This document shows positions 12,001 through 24,421 of a DNA stretch of 64,000 bases, piece after piece. Positions within the stretch are counted from its first letter, which is position 1. Every line of letters starts with the position of its first letter. This stretch comes from Macrostomum hystrix. Its lineage: Eukaryota; Animalia; Platyhelminthes. The stretch covers positions 8,184,001 through 8,248,000 of the forward strand of contig CATNEN010000003.1 in NCBI GenBank assembly GCA_950097015.1, read 5' to 3'. The notes below the pieces were generated by a model. It was not told the origin of the DNA. It did not search any database and saw only the letters and a program-made list of their open reading frames with translations. Made by a program: the position numbers and the translations under genes.

Positions 12001-15000
12001 TTGCCTTAATGGGGGAGGCGCTGTAACACCCGCGAGCTGCTCTTCAGGCGCACGCCAGTCTCATAACTGCCGTATAGCAGCACAATGTAGGCCTCATCAC
12101 TTCACACTTGCCACTTGGGCGCCAAAATCAACTCCAAGGCCGGGTATTGGAGTTGGTGAAGCTCTTAGCTGTCTCTCTCTTAACATCTCTTTCTCTCTCG
12201 GCACAGAGGCATCAGAAGCTTGAGTCACCAACGGCATTCTAGTAGATGAACTTAGGAGTAGAGTAGAAAGAGAAGGAGAGTGAACTTCAATTGCCACACG
12301 CTGTGCTAAATATGCCACACATAAAACTCCACGCTGATGCACTCCACGCGCTGTTATTTCGTCGCCACTCGTACAGTCAGCATTTGGACAGGGGATGGAT
12401 TAATTGAATATGCAATATATTTTAACGTCGATAAGTGATTCATTATTTCTGACAATATACAGTTAAGAAGGTCATCTATTGTGATCGTAGCTACGTATTA
12501 CAACGTGTATACATAGTACAAGTAATGCGGAATTGTCAACAGACTAGAAAAACGAAGTCCATCAAAACGCACAGGGAGAACTTTGAGTCAGAGTTCCGAA
12601 GGCACTGGATCGGACTCACAGGACGGGAAAATCAGCCAAGCTCAGCCACTTCTATTACACGTTTAAGAAAGATTTCTCCAGAAAGGCGCACAATGTCCCA
12701 ATTTTGTCTAGGAAACCTCAAACTGGCCTATGAGACATTGCATGCGCACTGTAAGACCGAAAATCGCTTATGAAAACAGACCATGTCCAAAATGTAGAGT
12801 CGAGTTAGAGAACGAAACTCATATTCTCTTTAGATGCGATTGGTCCGTTTATGCTCCAATTAGAAATAAATTAATCGAGAAAGTGGCAGGTACAAAGTTG
12901 TGTATTTAATGACACAGGAAAGCACAGAACTAACAGAGAGTTTTGTGGACTTCATAGAAAGCATACTTATACTCGTAGCTAGATAAAAAAGCCACTGCCC
13001 TGAGGCCCATAGTTATAATGCTTGATTATAGTTTAATTTTCTTATATTTGATCGTAACTCGCAAAAACACAATTGCTATTTTCCTTTCGGGAGCGAAGTG
13101 ATTTCAGTCACTGTTTTAATTTTCTCTTCAAATTTCAAAATTTCATTTTTTGTTTTAATGCTCTTGTTTCAAATATTTTATTCACCTAAAACTAATCGTA
13201 TATGCATGCTACTGTTTTTCTATCGCCATTTTTTAAATCGTTCAGCCTTGTTACCAGCATCAAATAAACAAAACATTTCAGCAATAAAAACAACAATACA
13301 TTGATATAATAGGTCCGATTTCTACCATGTCAATTAAGTACAAATTTAGCGCACAATCGCACCACGCGCAAACACCTTAGCTATAAAAAGCTGAATTGTT
13401 AGAATGGTTTCACCTAGCTCCGCCTAGGTCAATGCGATGAAAGGCGGGATGCTAATCACACTTGGTTGATTGTCAAGGACTGTCGCTGATCATTCTCATT
13501 CTCATTTTGTACTAATTGGAGCATACTCACGCACTTCAGCCGCACCATGCGCACGCTGCCAACTATGTATAGAAATGCCTGAATTAATCTGCTCTATTTT
13601 GCCGATGCAACTAACATGCTTTGCTGTATCGAGTGAAGGAACAAGTTGAAAGCGAGTCGCCGCGTGATTAATCCAAAGCTGCGGATTACACCGATCTGCA
13701 TTGATTGTGGCCTAAGCTAGCAAACTTCGAAGCTATACTAAAAGCTAAACTGACACGGAAAAGTTAAGATTCTCTTTTTGGACAGCACGTAATAGACTCG
13801 ACATAATTATCCTCTTCTTTATGGCATCGTGACTTCATTTTCGAAGACGCAGAAAATTGTATTATTCTGCTAATCTCGCATGAATCGAATGTTAATGATC
13901 GAGAGTAAGGTAATGGCAGCGTAAGTATTAAACACAGCACTATCCTATCTACTTACAATGCACACTAGACAGAAAACATCGATGCAGTGCAGAGTAGGTG
14001 CAGCCTATTCCCTCCAGTTCCACCCGACCTGGATGCACTTTTTCATCTAATCGGTGAATCTCGCAACAACATTATTGCACGGCATTGCAAAGCTGCAACC
14101 AGTGGTTACAAAGAATGGTTTTATTTCTTCCGAGATGTAGAATTGACTGTGGCCCTTGGTCTACTGCTTTCAGCTGTCGGCAAGTTGCGCGCCCCGTGTG
14201 TGTGCGGTGGGCTAGATAGTGATTAAAGGCAGGTAGGTATTTCTGCCCTTCATACTTTCACGATGCTTTTCTACTGCATTCTAACCCTGATTACACTGCA
14301 GCATGTAATACAATAATATACCTGCATGCATTCCAATACTGCCTTTAAAGCATGATCCATTTTCAAGCTCGCATAGCTGCACACGATTACGCAATCGTGC
14401 CACACACACACACACAAAGTAGAATCTGATGCCGGGAAAAATATCTATTTAAATTATTGCCTAGGTGTGACAGAACTGCACCATGCATGTGAAGCATGCA
14501 CGCACTGAGCCAGTAAATTATTATATTGGTGCATGATATATCTGTTTGAAGTTTGCCGCCATCTTCAAAGGGCGACCGGCGCCGCCGCCGTAAGTTAAAC
14601 TTATATATAGACTTAAGTTATAAGCCTTTCAATTCAGCAATAATGTCGTCCCAACCTTCAAAGCCACCCAGCTCCCTCCATTTTGGGTTGGATAATGAAG
14701 CTACTCGCATTTCCGAGTGCTTTATCTTCCAGACTATACACGGTATAATATATGCTGTCCTGACTTATTATTCGGAAAGTTTATATCTGGTTGAAATTCT
14801 CATATGATTCTTCGTCCTGTTGGGTCGTAGTCCCTTCATCAGTGATGTTGGAAACAGCACAATGTTGTTAGTTGTAGTTATACAGATAACACTGTATTCT
14901 GTAACAGAAAATACAGTAGAGAAGACAGACAATGATACGAGTAGAGGAGGCAGGCAAGGGTAGAGGAGACAGGTATTTGTTTAGGAGATATAGGCAGTTG

Positions 15001-17049
15001 TCGATAAGACATTCAGGGGTAGAGGAGGCAGGTAGTTGTAGAGAAGACAGGTAGTTGTAGAGGAGACAGGTAGTTATAGAAGAGACAGGTAGTTGTAGAG
15101 GAGACAGGTAGTTGTAGAGGAGACAGGTAGTGGTAGAGGAGACAGGTATTTGTTTAGGAGATATAGGCAGTTGTCGATAAGACATTCAGGAGTAGAGGAG
15201 GCAGGTAGTTGTAGAGAAGACAGGTAGTTGTAGAGGAGACAGGTAGTTGTAGAGGAGACAGGTAGTTGTAGAGGAGACAGGTAGTTGTAGAGGAGACAGG
15301 TAGTGGTAGAGGGGACTGGTAGTTGTTGAGGAGACAGGTAGTTGTAGAAGAGACAGGTAGTTGTAGAAGAGACAGGTAGTTGTAGAAGAGACAGGTAGTT
15401 GTAGAAGAGACAGGTAGTGGTAGAGGGGACTGGTAGTTGTTGAGGAGACAGGTAGTTGTAGAGGAGACAGGTAGTTGTAGAGGAGACAGGTAGTTATAGA
15501 AGAGACAGGTAGTTGTAGAGGAGACAGGTAGTTGTAGAAGAGACAGGGGTATAAAGAGTTAATAAAGACGGATTAAATTGAGAAGTAGCTGGCTTCGACA
15601 ATGTCCTGTTCCAGGCGTTTGAGAAGACCCTCCGGGATCGTAAAGCTCACGCGTGTCTTATTCGGTGGATTATGTACAATAGTACATGATCTCGAACCGA
15701 ACAGTTGCTGCTCATCTGCTTGGGCAGACTGCCACTACCAGGGTTTGTAAAGGCGGCTCCCAAGGGGGAGTCCTTACTCCCACCCTCTTGAACATGGTCA
15801 TCGACTCTCTCCTGAGCAGTTCCAGACCTGACCCCGTACAAAAAATCGGGCATGCCGACGACGTCACTGCCATTGTTGCGGGACCGTCGCCTAGCACGCT
15901 CAGGGATCTTATGCAAGCGTTTCTCCGCAAAGCTGAGACCTGGGCCGAGGACAACGGCTTAAGGCTTTCAGAGCCTAAAACTGTTGCCATTATGTTCACC
16001 ACTAAGATCCGGTGGAACATAAAGCCTCTGCAACTCTATGGCAAGGACATCACCTTCGCTCAAAGGACCAGGTGTCTTGGGGTCATGCTCGACCACAGAC
16101 TTAACTGGTCTTTCGACGTGAAGGCCAAAGCACAACGTGCTTCTGCGATCCTAGCGCAGCTCCGGTGTGCCCTGGGAACCTCCTGGGGTCTATCCCCAAA
16201 GCGTCTTTGGTGGATCTATACCTCTGTGGTGAGACCCGCCATCACCTACCCCTCCTTGATCTGGGTCAGCGCTACCCAGGTCAAGAGTCATGCTGATCCC
16301 GCTGTGTCCCTCTATGGGACCGCCCTGCAGCAAAGTCAAGTAAGTCAGCCAAAGTATTTAGTCCCTGAATCCACAGTACTCATCTAAAAATCTTAGCGAA
16401 AGCCAATCGAGTCGAAGAAAATCATTGTGACTGACACCTGCGAGTTCAATGTTCAAAGAGAAATTCTGCACAAACTAATTTTCAAGTGTGCACCCTCTGA
16501 GAGGAAAGCTCTGCTAGCAGATTATAGGCTGACAAGTCCTTGTTCTTATTCTCCAACATCTGGCAATTAGCTTATCCGCCTACTTATTTCGCGCCCTCTT
16601 AATTCTGTCTCTCATTCTGCTTTCTCAGCTAGCTCAGGACTAAAAGCAGAAGACTTTGAGTCTGGGAGAGACGAGTGAGGAAAAAGTGTGCTTCTGCGAG
16701 AGCAGTCAATCCGTCTGTCTTATTTTTTTTCGCTTCCCACTGCTAGTTGCGGACTCGGCACTCGATCTCAAGCTTACTCTTGCTCTCCCCTTTGTCCTTC
16801 TGTCTCAGCAGCGACTCAAAAAAATTGGACGGGACATCTTCTTTGCCCGTCCAACAGGCCTTCATCTACTCTCTCTCCCCTCTCTCTCTCTTGGCCTTAG
16901 TGACAAAGATGCGTTTCAAAGCCAAGTCGGACCTTTCTGTCTGTTGCTAGGCTAACGAATATAGCCAAAGTGGATCAGAGTAAGCCTGTTGCTCACGCAA
17001 AGGCCTTCACTAGAGGCCTTCTACGGCTAATCCTGCATGTAGGATCTAT

Positions 17050-17138
<89 letters not shown>

Positions 17139-17183
17139 GATCTATATATCTATCGATCTATCTATCTATCGATCTATCTATCG

Positions 17184-17225
<42 letters not shown>

Positions 17226-20200
17226 ATATCTATCTATTATTTAATTAAAAATACATAAACAGCTACATAAACCTTTACTTACTTTCTTTACCTTTACCTT
17301 TACATAAAATTACATATACCTCTACTTACAAAAACAAGTAGAGGTTGTAGCCTAGTGGTTAGGGCGTCGGACCCACGACTTGAAGGTCGGGGGTTCGATT
17401 CCCGACTCCACTGGAACAATTTGCGTCCTTTAGCAAGACACTTAACTCTGCATTGCTTCAGTTCACCCAGCTGTTAAATGGGTACCAGCATCAGCTGGGA
17501 TAACTGAAGGTGGGTGTGGCGTCCCCCCAGTCCGTGGACTGAACAGCTGTACGCAGCCTTCAGATGCGCCGCGCATTAGCTGCGGCTGTGCTGTCGGCTG
17601 CACATCTGACCCAATTGGGGCAGGTGTAATCAATTATTATTATTTTTATTATTATTATAAACAGCTACTGTCTATTCACTTGTTCACCCAAATAGCATAC
17701 AAGCATGTATTTTTAGGAACTGCGAGAAATTTCACCCACCTTACTCGCTGTGGAGAAATCGAGTTTAACCTGGATAAAGGCATCCTCATGACTAATCACT
17801 ACTGCACATACATTGATGTATACATGCACCAACTAACTAACTGGCCTGCATAGAGGTCAAACTAATCTATAGTTAGTCCTAAAATATGCATATCTACAGC
17901 GGGAGAGGTCATTCAACTACCCACAGCTTTATCTGGTGGATCCTTGCATGGCATTTCACTCTGGATTCTATAAAAAAACAGGATCAATCTAAGTTTGTTA
18001 GCTATATAGGGGATAGCATAGAGAGTAAAATGCGAAATCAACGCTGAAGACTGGCTTGCTTAAAAGACGACAGCAGGCCGCATTGACTGTAGAAATATGT
18101 GAGATAGGGGAGAGACGAGAACTGGGGAGAGATGAGACAGGGAAGAGATGAGACAGGGGAGAGATGAGACAGGGGAGAGATGAGACAGGGGAGAGATGAG
18201 ACAGGGGAGAGATGAGACGGGGAGATGAGACACGGGTGAGATGAGACAGGGGAGAGATGAGACGGGGAAGAGATGAGACAGGGAAGAGATGAGACAGGGG
18301 AGAGATGAGACAGGGGAGAGATGAGACAGGGGAGAGATGAGACAGGGGAGAGATGAGACAGGGGAGAGATGAGACGGGGAGATGAGACAGGGGAGAGATG
18401 AGACAGGGGAGAGATGAGACGGGGAAGAGATGAGACAGGGAAGAGATGAGACAGGGGAGAGATGAGACAGGGGAGAGATGAGACAGGGGAGAGATGAGAC
18501 GGGGAGATGAGACACGGGTGAGATGAGACAGGGAAGAGATGAGACATGGGAGAGATAAGACAGGGGGAGATGAGACACGGGAAAGACGAGACAGGGGAGA
18601 GGTGAGACACGGGAGAGATGAGACAGGGCAAAGATGAAACAGGATACTGTAGTTGTTGGAAGGGGCAACGGGCCGGCTTTGGGAGCTTCGAGGGCCGCAT
18701 CTGGCCATCGAGTTGGGCGGAGTTAGCCAACCCCTACAATATAACTAACTGCACCAGACATGTGATACACTTACTGACTAGCTTAGCTATTTTATATACT
18801 CAAGTTAGTCCTCATGTCGCTGTATTTGGTCAGCAACTTTCAACACTGATGTTTCACAAAGACAGACGCATTTGTGCTGTAAATAAAAAACTAAAATAAG
18901 GCGAATGCTGAAAGTCTTCTATAGTTGGGATATGCACTGCATGGGATTAACGAAAAGTTGGTGTGTGCTGTGACTGACGGACAAACTGTGTCAGCCTTCC
19001 GTAGAAGCAGAATCGCTGGTCGGTGGGTTTAGAATGAAATAAAAACAGCGGGCGAATGCTCGTTGGAGAAGAGCCATGCCTTTGAAACTGCAGTTCCCAG
19101 CCTCTTCAAGCAGCGAAAGCCACAATGCCTAGCAACCAGCATTCGGGCCGCTATCTAGCTTGGCTAGTGGGCTGCGATTCTTGTTGGTGATGAGTAATCG
19201 AATTTGGCGTCCAACTATTGCTGATGCAAGCTGCGCAAATGCACAACATTCAGCTTTAGAAGCGATATTCAACTTTTTGGAATTCATGTTTTAGACTGGG
19301 CTGCATTGTTACCTTGTAACTTGAAGTGCGATCGAAAAGGAAAATTTAATGCGAATTTTATGAAAGACAAGCGAATGGAAATGGCTGTCAGTTTTGGGAA
19401 GTTTAGTGGCTTGGTTAATCGAAGTTTGTACTTTCTGTTCTCTGCAAAATCGATTAATTATCACATTGACAGGTAAATTATCAGTTTGGTAGTAAAATTA
19501 CCCATTAGACAGGTTATGCTATCAGATTTACACTTCTTTTTGACTTTTCAAATTGAATAACTAAATATTTAGAAAGGTGAATTATAGGACTGGTTAAAGC
19601 ACCTGTTCAAGACTGGTTAAAGCACCTGTTCAAGACTGGTTAAAGCACATGTTCAAGACTGGTTAAACCACCTTTTCAAGACTGGTTAAACCACCTGTTC
19701 AAGACTGGTTAAAGCACATGTTCAAGACTGGTTAAAGCACCTGCTCAAGACTGGTTAAAGCACATGTTCAAGACTGGTTAAAGCACCTGTTCAAGACTGG
19801 TTAAAGCACCTGCTCAAGACTGGTTAAAGCACATGTTCAAGACTGGTTAAAGCACCTGTTCTAGACTGGTTTAAAATTACTTAGAACTTCACCAACGCTC
19901 ACCCAAATGTCTCACCTCTGTGCGTCTCGGATCTTCTAATCAAGTAGGTGCCGCGACAATTTCCTTCTGCTAGAAGCATTCTCTCGGCCTCCTTTCTGGC
20001 CAATAATCCGGCGAACCAGCTGCAAACAGGGCAGGTGGGGTGGGGTTGGAGTCGACATGACAATTGACTGAGCCATTTGAAGAGACAGGAAATCCCACTG
20101 ATAGTTGGCTATCTGTAGATGGACAGCTGAGGGGCACATTAGCAACACGAAATCGACCCGATTGATTAATAGCCTACTCGGTTCTAGTACTTTTATTGAT

Positions 20201-21964
20201 TGAGCTGTAACTTGAAGACGGGCGTACAGAACGCTTCTTAACTGCTTTCGCACAGTTTACAGACATTTTACAGACATTTCACAGACATTTTACAGACAGT
20301 TTGTAGACAGCATGAGGTCAGTTTAGCAGAAATTTTACTGTAAATAAGACAGCAATTTAAATAGCATACGCAGACAGTTTACAGACATTCTGACAGAAAA
20401 ACAGACAGTTTACAGACATTCTGACAGAAAAACAGACAGTTTACAGACATTCTGACAGAGAAACAGACAGTTTACAGACATTCTGACAGAAAAACAGACA
20501 GTTTACAGACATTCTGACAGAGAAACAGACAGTTTACAGACATTCTGACAGAGAAACAGAAAGCTTACAGACATTCTGACAGAAAAAACTGACATCTTAC
20601 AGACACTTACTGACAGCAATACAGACAGCTTACAAACATTCTGAGAGAAAAAAGACAGCTTACAGACATGCTGACAGTACGTTTAACAGCCTTAAGACGG
20701 CTTACAGAAAGTTAACATAAACTGACAAACCTTTTTTCCCGTACATTCAGTATTTGTTCATGCGGATTACAGAACAGGGGGGCAATCTAATAGCTAAAGC
20801 AACAATAAAAAGCATAGCAGAGTCTGTCCTGTTGCTGCTATATAAAAAACTCACATCTGAGCGTCCAGAGAATGTTGAACAGCCACAAGAGCCACCGGGG
20901 CGTATCCGCAAAGCTTGGTGGACAGGTGTTCCACAAACCACCAGTCTGTGTCACTGCAGAGAGGGAAAATACGAAATACGAAAGGATTAAAAAAACACTT
21001 TCTCATCCCAACTGTTGACTGGTCGACTCCGATCGACACAGCGATAACAGAGGTCAAGTGGTTTGGAATCAGTGAACAATAGGTCCAGTCTAACTGATGA
21101 TTCGGATGATAAATCAAGACTCTAGAGAGTTTTGAGTGGAAATAATCCTATATACTAATCCATAGATCAGATTTTCTCCGTAATTCTTGAAATGTTTGCT
21201 TGGTTACCTAATAGGGTTATAATAACTCAACCCCCACCAATTTTAGAACAACGAAATCGTCTTGCAGATCCCCACAGGAATGTCATCTAAGGGATTACTA
21301 ATTGTGGGTAACTGTGCACTCACACAGGATCCATCAGCTGCAGCAGGTCTCCTGACCGGAAGCTGACTTCACCCTCGGTGCGGGCCGAATACTCGAAGAT
21401 GCAAACCAGACTGGTGCCCGCCGGTGGAGCTGCCAGCTGCTGCAACTGCAACTGCAGCTGCGACTGTCGTATCGACAACAACTGGCCGCCTTCCTCTGCG
21501 GCTGCGATGGAGGTGGCTACTGATGATCGACGCCTCGGTTCCGGTGTTGGCACTAGCGAACTGCTGTGCTGCTGCTGCTGCTGCCGACTAAATGGTCTCT
21601 GCAGTGGACTTCCAGTTCGACTGTACTGCTGCTGCTGCTGCTGGAAGCAGCGGGTAGGAGTGCCAGTTCTGGAGCCCGGGCCTCCGCTGATGCGTGACAG
21701 CGGCCGGTGAAGCTGCTGCTGCTGATGCTGCTGCTGCAGCAGATAAATACCTTGCGGAGTTGGTGTGAGTGGCGGCTTCTTTGCTGACGCAGCTTCAACT
21801 TCAGCCATCGCTTCTGCTTCATCAGCAATCACAATAGGATCTTCAGCTTCTATGGCCCGATCTTGATTCTTTGCTTTTTCCTGCTGAATGTCAAGTTGAT
21901 GTTGCTGCTGCTGCTGTTTAGCAATGAGTAGTTGATCCCTCTGTCTAGTGACACAACCCCCCAT
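6050..21964 (-). CDS. Src-family (Src42A/FRK-like) non-receptor tyrosine kinase, ~683 aa, 4 coding exons
   Basis: Exons 21964-21324, 20953-20855, 20019-19916 and 7257-6050 have GT-AG junctions in phases 2, 2, 1. The protein has an MGGC myristoylation/palmitoylation start and a polyQ unique region. SH3: [16 protein letters not shown]...DWWFVE...GYAP. SH2: [15 protein letters not shown]...GTYLIRRSE...YSLSV...VKHYRI. Kinase: [33 protein letters not shown], plus a C-terminal EPSY tail. Confidence 0.9.
7302..7622 (+). mobile_element. SINE family B, full length (kinase intron 3)
   Basis: Matches the 1832 and 38880 copies. Confidence 0.88.
9056..9300. repeat. Adjacent long inverted repeats (palindromic non-autonomous DNA element-like)
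   Basis: gtgtgttttcattgagcaacgctgggattccc pairs with gggaatcccagcgttgctcaatgaaaatacac. This is followed by a caccggctatt...aatagccggtg hairpin. Confidence 0.6.
11151..11458 (-). mobile_element. SINE family A copy
   Basis: Reverse match to family A. Confidence 0.85.
14935..15546. repeat. 19-bp minisatellite (agaggagacaggtagttgt)n
   Basis: Directly visible. Confidence 0.9.
15585..16292 (+). mobile_element. Non-LTR retrotransposon reverse transcriptase fragment (R1/LOA-like)
   Basis: RT motifs [31 protein letters not shown] and [22 protein letters not shown]; truncated on both sides. Confidence 0.88.
17044..17236. repeat. (TATC)n microsatellite
   Basis: Directly visible. Confidence 0.95.
17341..17656 (+). 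mobile_element. SINE family A, young full-length copy
   Basis: Only ~3 visible differences from the 4518 copy; TSD ataaacagctac at 17255-17266 and 17657-17668. Confidence 0.92.
18006..18735. mobile_element. hAT-like MITE containing a 16-bp minisatellite
   Basis: The right end gggccgg...gggccgcatctggcc...gttagccaaccccta resembles hAT (Charlie-type) termini. The left end taggggatagca is a degenerate inverse. No clean TSD. Confidence 0.4.
18110..18630. repeat. 16-bp minisatellite (gagatgagacagggga)n
   Basis: Directly visible. Confidence 0.92.
19587..19870. repeat. 23-bp minisatellite (gactggttaaagcacctgttcaa)n
   Basis: Directly visible; lies at the start of kinase intron 3. Confidence 0.92.
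20250..20680. repeat. 31-bp minisatellite (acagacagtttacagacattctgacagaaaa)n
   Basis: Directly visible; kinase intron 2. Confidence 0.88.
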
Positions 21965-23604
21965 TAGTACAGAGGTTATCTGTAGACACTGGGAGCAGCT
22001 AGAAAAAACTTAACCTATAGCAAATTGTTGTAAGGCTATGAAAACACTAAATTCAATATCTATATACGCATATGTAACCAGAGGTTGAAGCTTGACTGTA
22101 CACTTCTGTCTGGGGAAGAATAGGGATTTGTCCACTCCCAGCTGGACTAGAGACCGCTGTCCAATGGGGATAGGCTGGGGGAACACAAGTTATTTATTCG
22201 CCCCATTCTAGATGTTAAAACTTCATGCGATGAGAAAATGTATCAGAGAATGCCTTCTGCATCGCATAAATTACTTCTATAGCGATGTAATTAATGCAAT
22301 TAATGCCATACAAGGTACTTGGCTATTTAAGCAATTCTCAACTATACTACTGTCAGTCTGACCTCAAACTAGAATTAGGACTTAAATTAGCTGCATGGGA
22401 TTTTCTCCCATTTTCTCCCTTCTATTTAACTATTCAGCGTGCGTGCGTAGCCCTTATAGTATTTGTTTCTTTCTTTCCATTTGCTTTTTTGCATATACTA
22501 GAAGTTTTAGACTGGACTAATTAGTCAGGAACTGTGTGGGAGACATTCTTGCAGTGGCCAGCAGCAGAAAGTATCCCTTTTCAGGACCAGAGGAAAGCGA
22601 TGAGGAAGTACATTTCACTTCCTGCAGCAGCAGCAGCAGCAGCAGCAACAGTGTCGGCTGGGTCCAGCCACACTTACTTATATAAGAACGACAAAGAACA
22701 GCTTCTAAACATGCTCTTATCTAACAGCAATAGGCCTCCTTTAATTTCACGTTCGATTTTTGCACAATGCCCCAACTTCATGCGGAGGCGGAGATCACGA
22801 AGAACTGCATGCTTAATACTGTATTCCTACAGATAACTGGGATACAGCTGTCTGACTGGCTGATTAGCCATGTACCTGAAATTTCAAGAATGCCCACTAA
22901 CAGTACTATTATAGAGGTATTCACACACCCACACGCAGAGAAATGTAAAGTCCAGTGTATCTACTGCCAAATTTGGTAGTTTTATTTTATTGTGGCGCCA
23001 TCATACAACAAAGCATAATTTTGCAAAAAGGAACGCAAAAGGAAAATTCTGCATATAGCTCATTGCTGGAATACAAAAGCATCACTAATTAGGCACAGCA
23101 AAAGTGCTTTAGGCTTCATCGTATTGACACGCCTATCGTAAACTAAAGAAATGCTTCTGTTATCTTGTACTTTCTAAACACTTACTCGACTAAAGATATT
23201 CAGGATGGGGGAACAAGAATTTCAAGAATTTCTAATGATAAATCCCTTTACAAAATACTTTAGTAAATACTCCACTTGTTTCATGTGAACGATAGAAAAA
23301 AACTATTTTCAGACAAGAAATTTTGTCTGCCTGTCTACATCTATAGGATCATCCTTTTCTAATTCTCAATCCCACTTTCTGGCTGCCTCTCGCTATCTCT
23401 TCCCTCTTGCCGTCTTATGATTTGTCCGCCTCACACCCGCTAGCCGTATTCTCTAACCCTCCGTCAACCACCCCACGCCTTTTATATTAGTACACTCCAG
23501 TAAGGTCCCTTGGGCCATAGCGATAGCTGCTTACGGGGGCTCACGAAACAAAAAAGATTTATAATTCTTGTTTTTACTTTCCGAAGCATAATTATATATA
23601 CCAA

Positions 23605-23828
23605 GGCAGTGTACACTTTCACTGTGCCTTGTTGGAGGCAAGGACTACTAGTAGATAGTTAAGTAGTCCGTGGTTGGAGGTTGGCCCACAAGGGCCCGAA
23701 TGCATGACAAGTCTCCAAGACTTTTCTCCACTGCTAAGCCATAAATGAAGGTGGCCTCGCCGCGCTATCGAGCTCAAGGAAATTAATGCGAAAGGCAAAC
23801 TTGTTAACCGCTCTGCCACTTAGCCCCT
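23605..23828 (-). mobile_element. SINE family B, 5' half
   Basis: Reverse match to the family B head and body. Confidence 0.7.
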
Positions 23829-24237
23829 GTCAGATAAGACGCGTGTCAAAGGACTATTCTCACTACTACGAGTAGTAGTTTTATTTTTTTGTTTTTATTT
23901 CTTGCTGCACAGTTTTATGTTGTCTTGACCTATACTGTGTCCTAAAATACACTTGCACCGTAAAAGCATATTGGACATATGCTACATAAAGTAGTCTTGT
24001 GCAAGGTATAACATGAGATTAAATTACAGTTCTCCTACCTTCTGATAATGCGTACTTTTCAGAATATATTTCAGATCGTTCAGAATTGGATCACATTTCT
24101 GCTGAGTATTGATGCAATCTGACTGTAGCTTCAGTGTTCAGCTGAACAAGTGGCTGCAGCCGAGATGCATTTGGTGTAGCTCATTTCAATATGGCTTATC
24201 TCTCTGGTGTTGATTAAATCAGCCTTTCTATCTATTT

Positions 24238-24421
24238 GGGCGCCAAGCTCCAGTGCCGAAGTACAGCTTGTACTTCACTCCGCACAGGTCGTCTCCGTAG
24301 CCAGTGGGACACAGCTGGCCAGCTTCGAGTCCCGGCTGCTGCTTCACAAACACCTGGCCTCTCCTGGAGCAGCTGCAGTCCCTCACCGACTTGCTGCACT
24401 TGTCGAACACGAACAGCTGAC
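24238..24421 (-). pseudogene. Orphan fragment of the PAN/C-type lectin family
   Basis: Encodes QLFVFDKCSKSVRDCSCSRRGQVFVKQQPGLEAGQLCPTGYGDDLCGVKYKLYFGTGAWRP, nearly identical to the genes at 50-54 kb; lacks both N- and C-terminal parts. Confidence 0.85.

Noticed and set aside
11940-12350. Possible second solo LTR
   Set aside because: No convincing TG...CA ends with a target-site duplication.
14805-14850. Hammerhead ribozyme-like CTGATGA-agggactacgaccc on the minus strand
   Set aside because: The required GAAA after stem II is missing and stems I/III are not evident; at best a degenerate relic.
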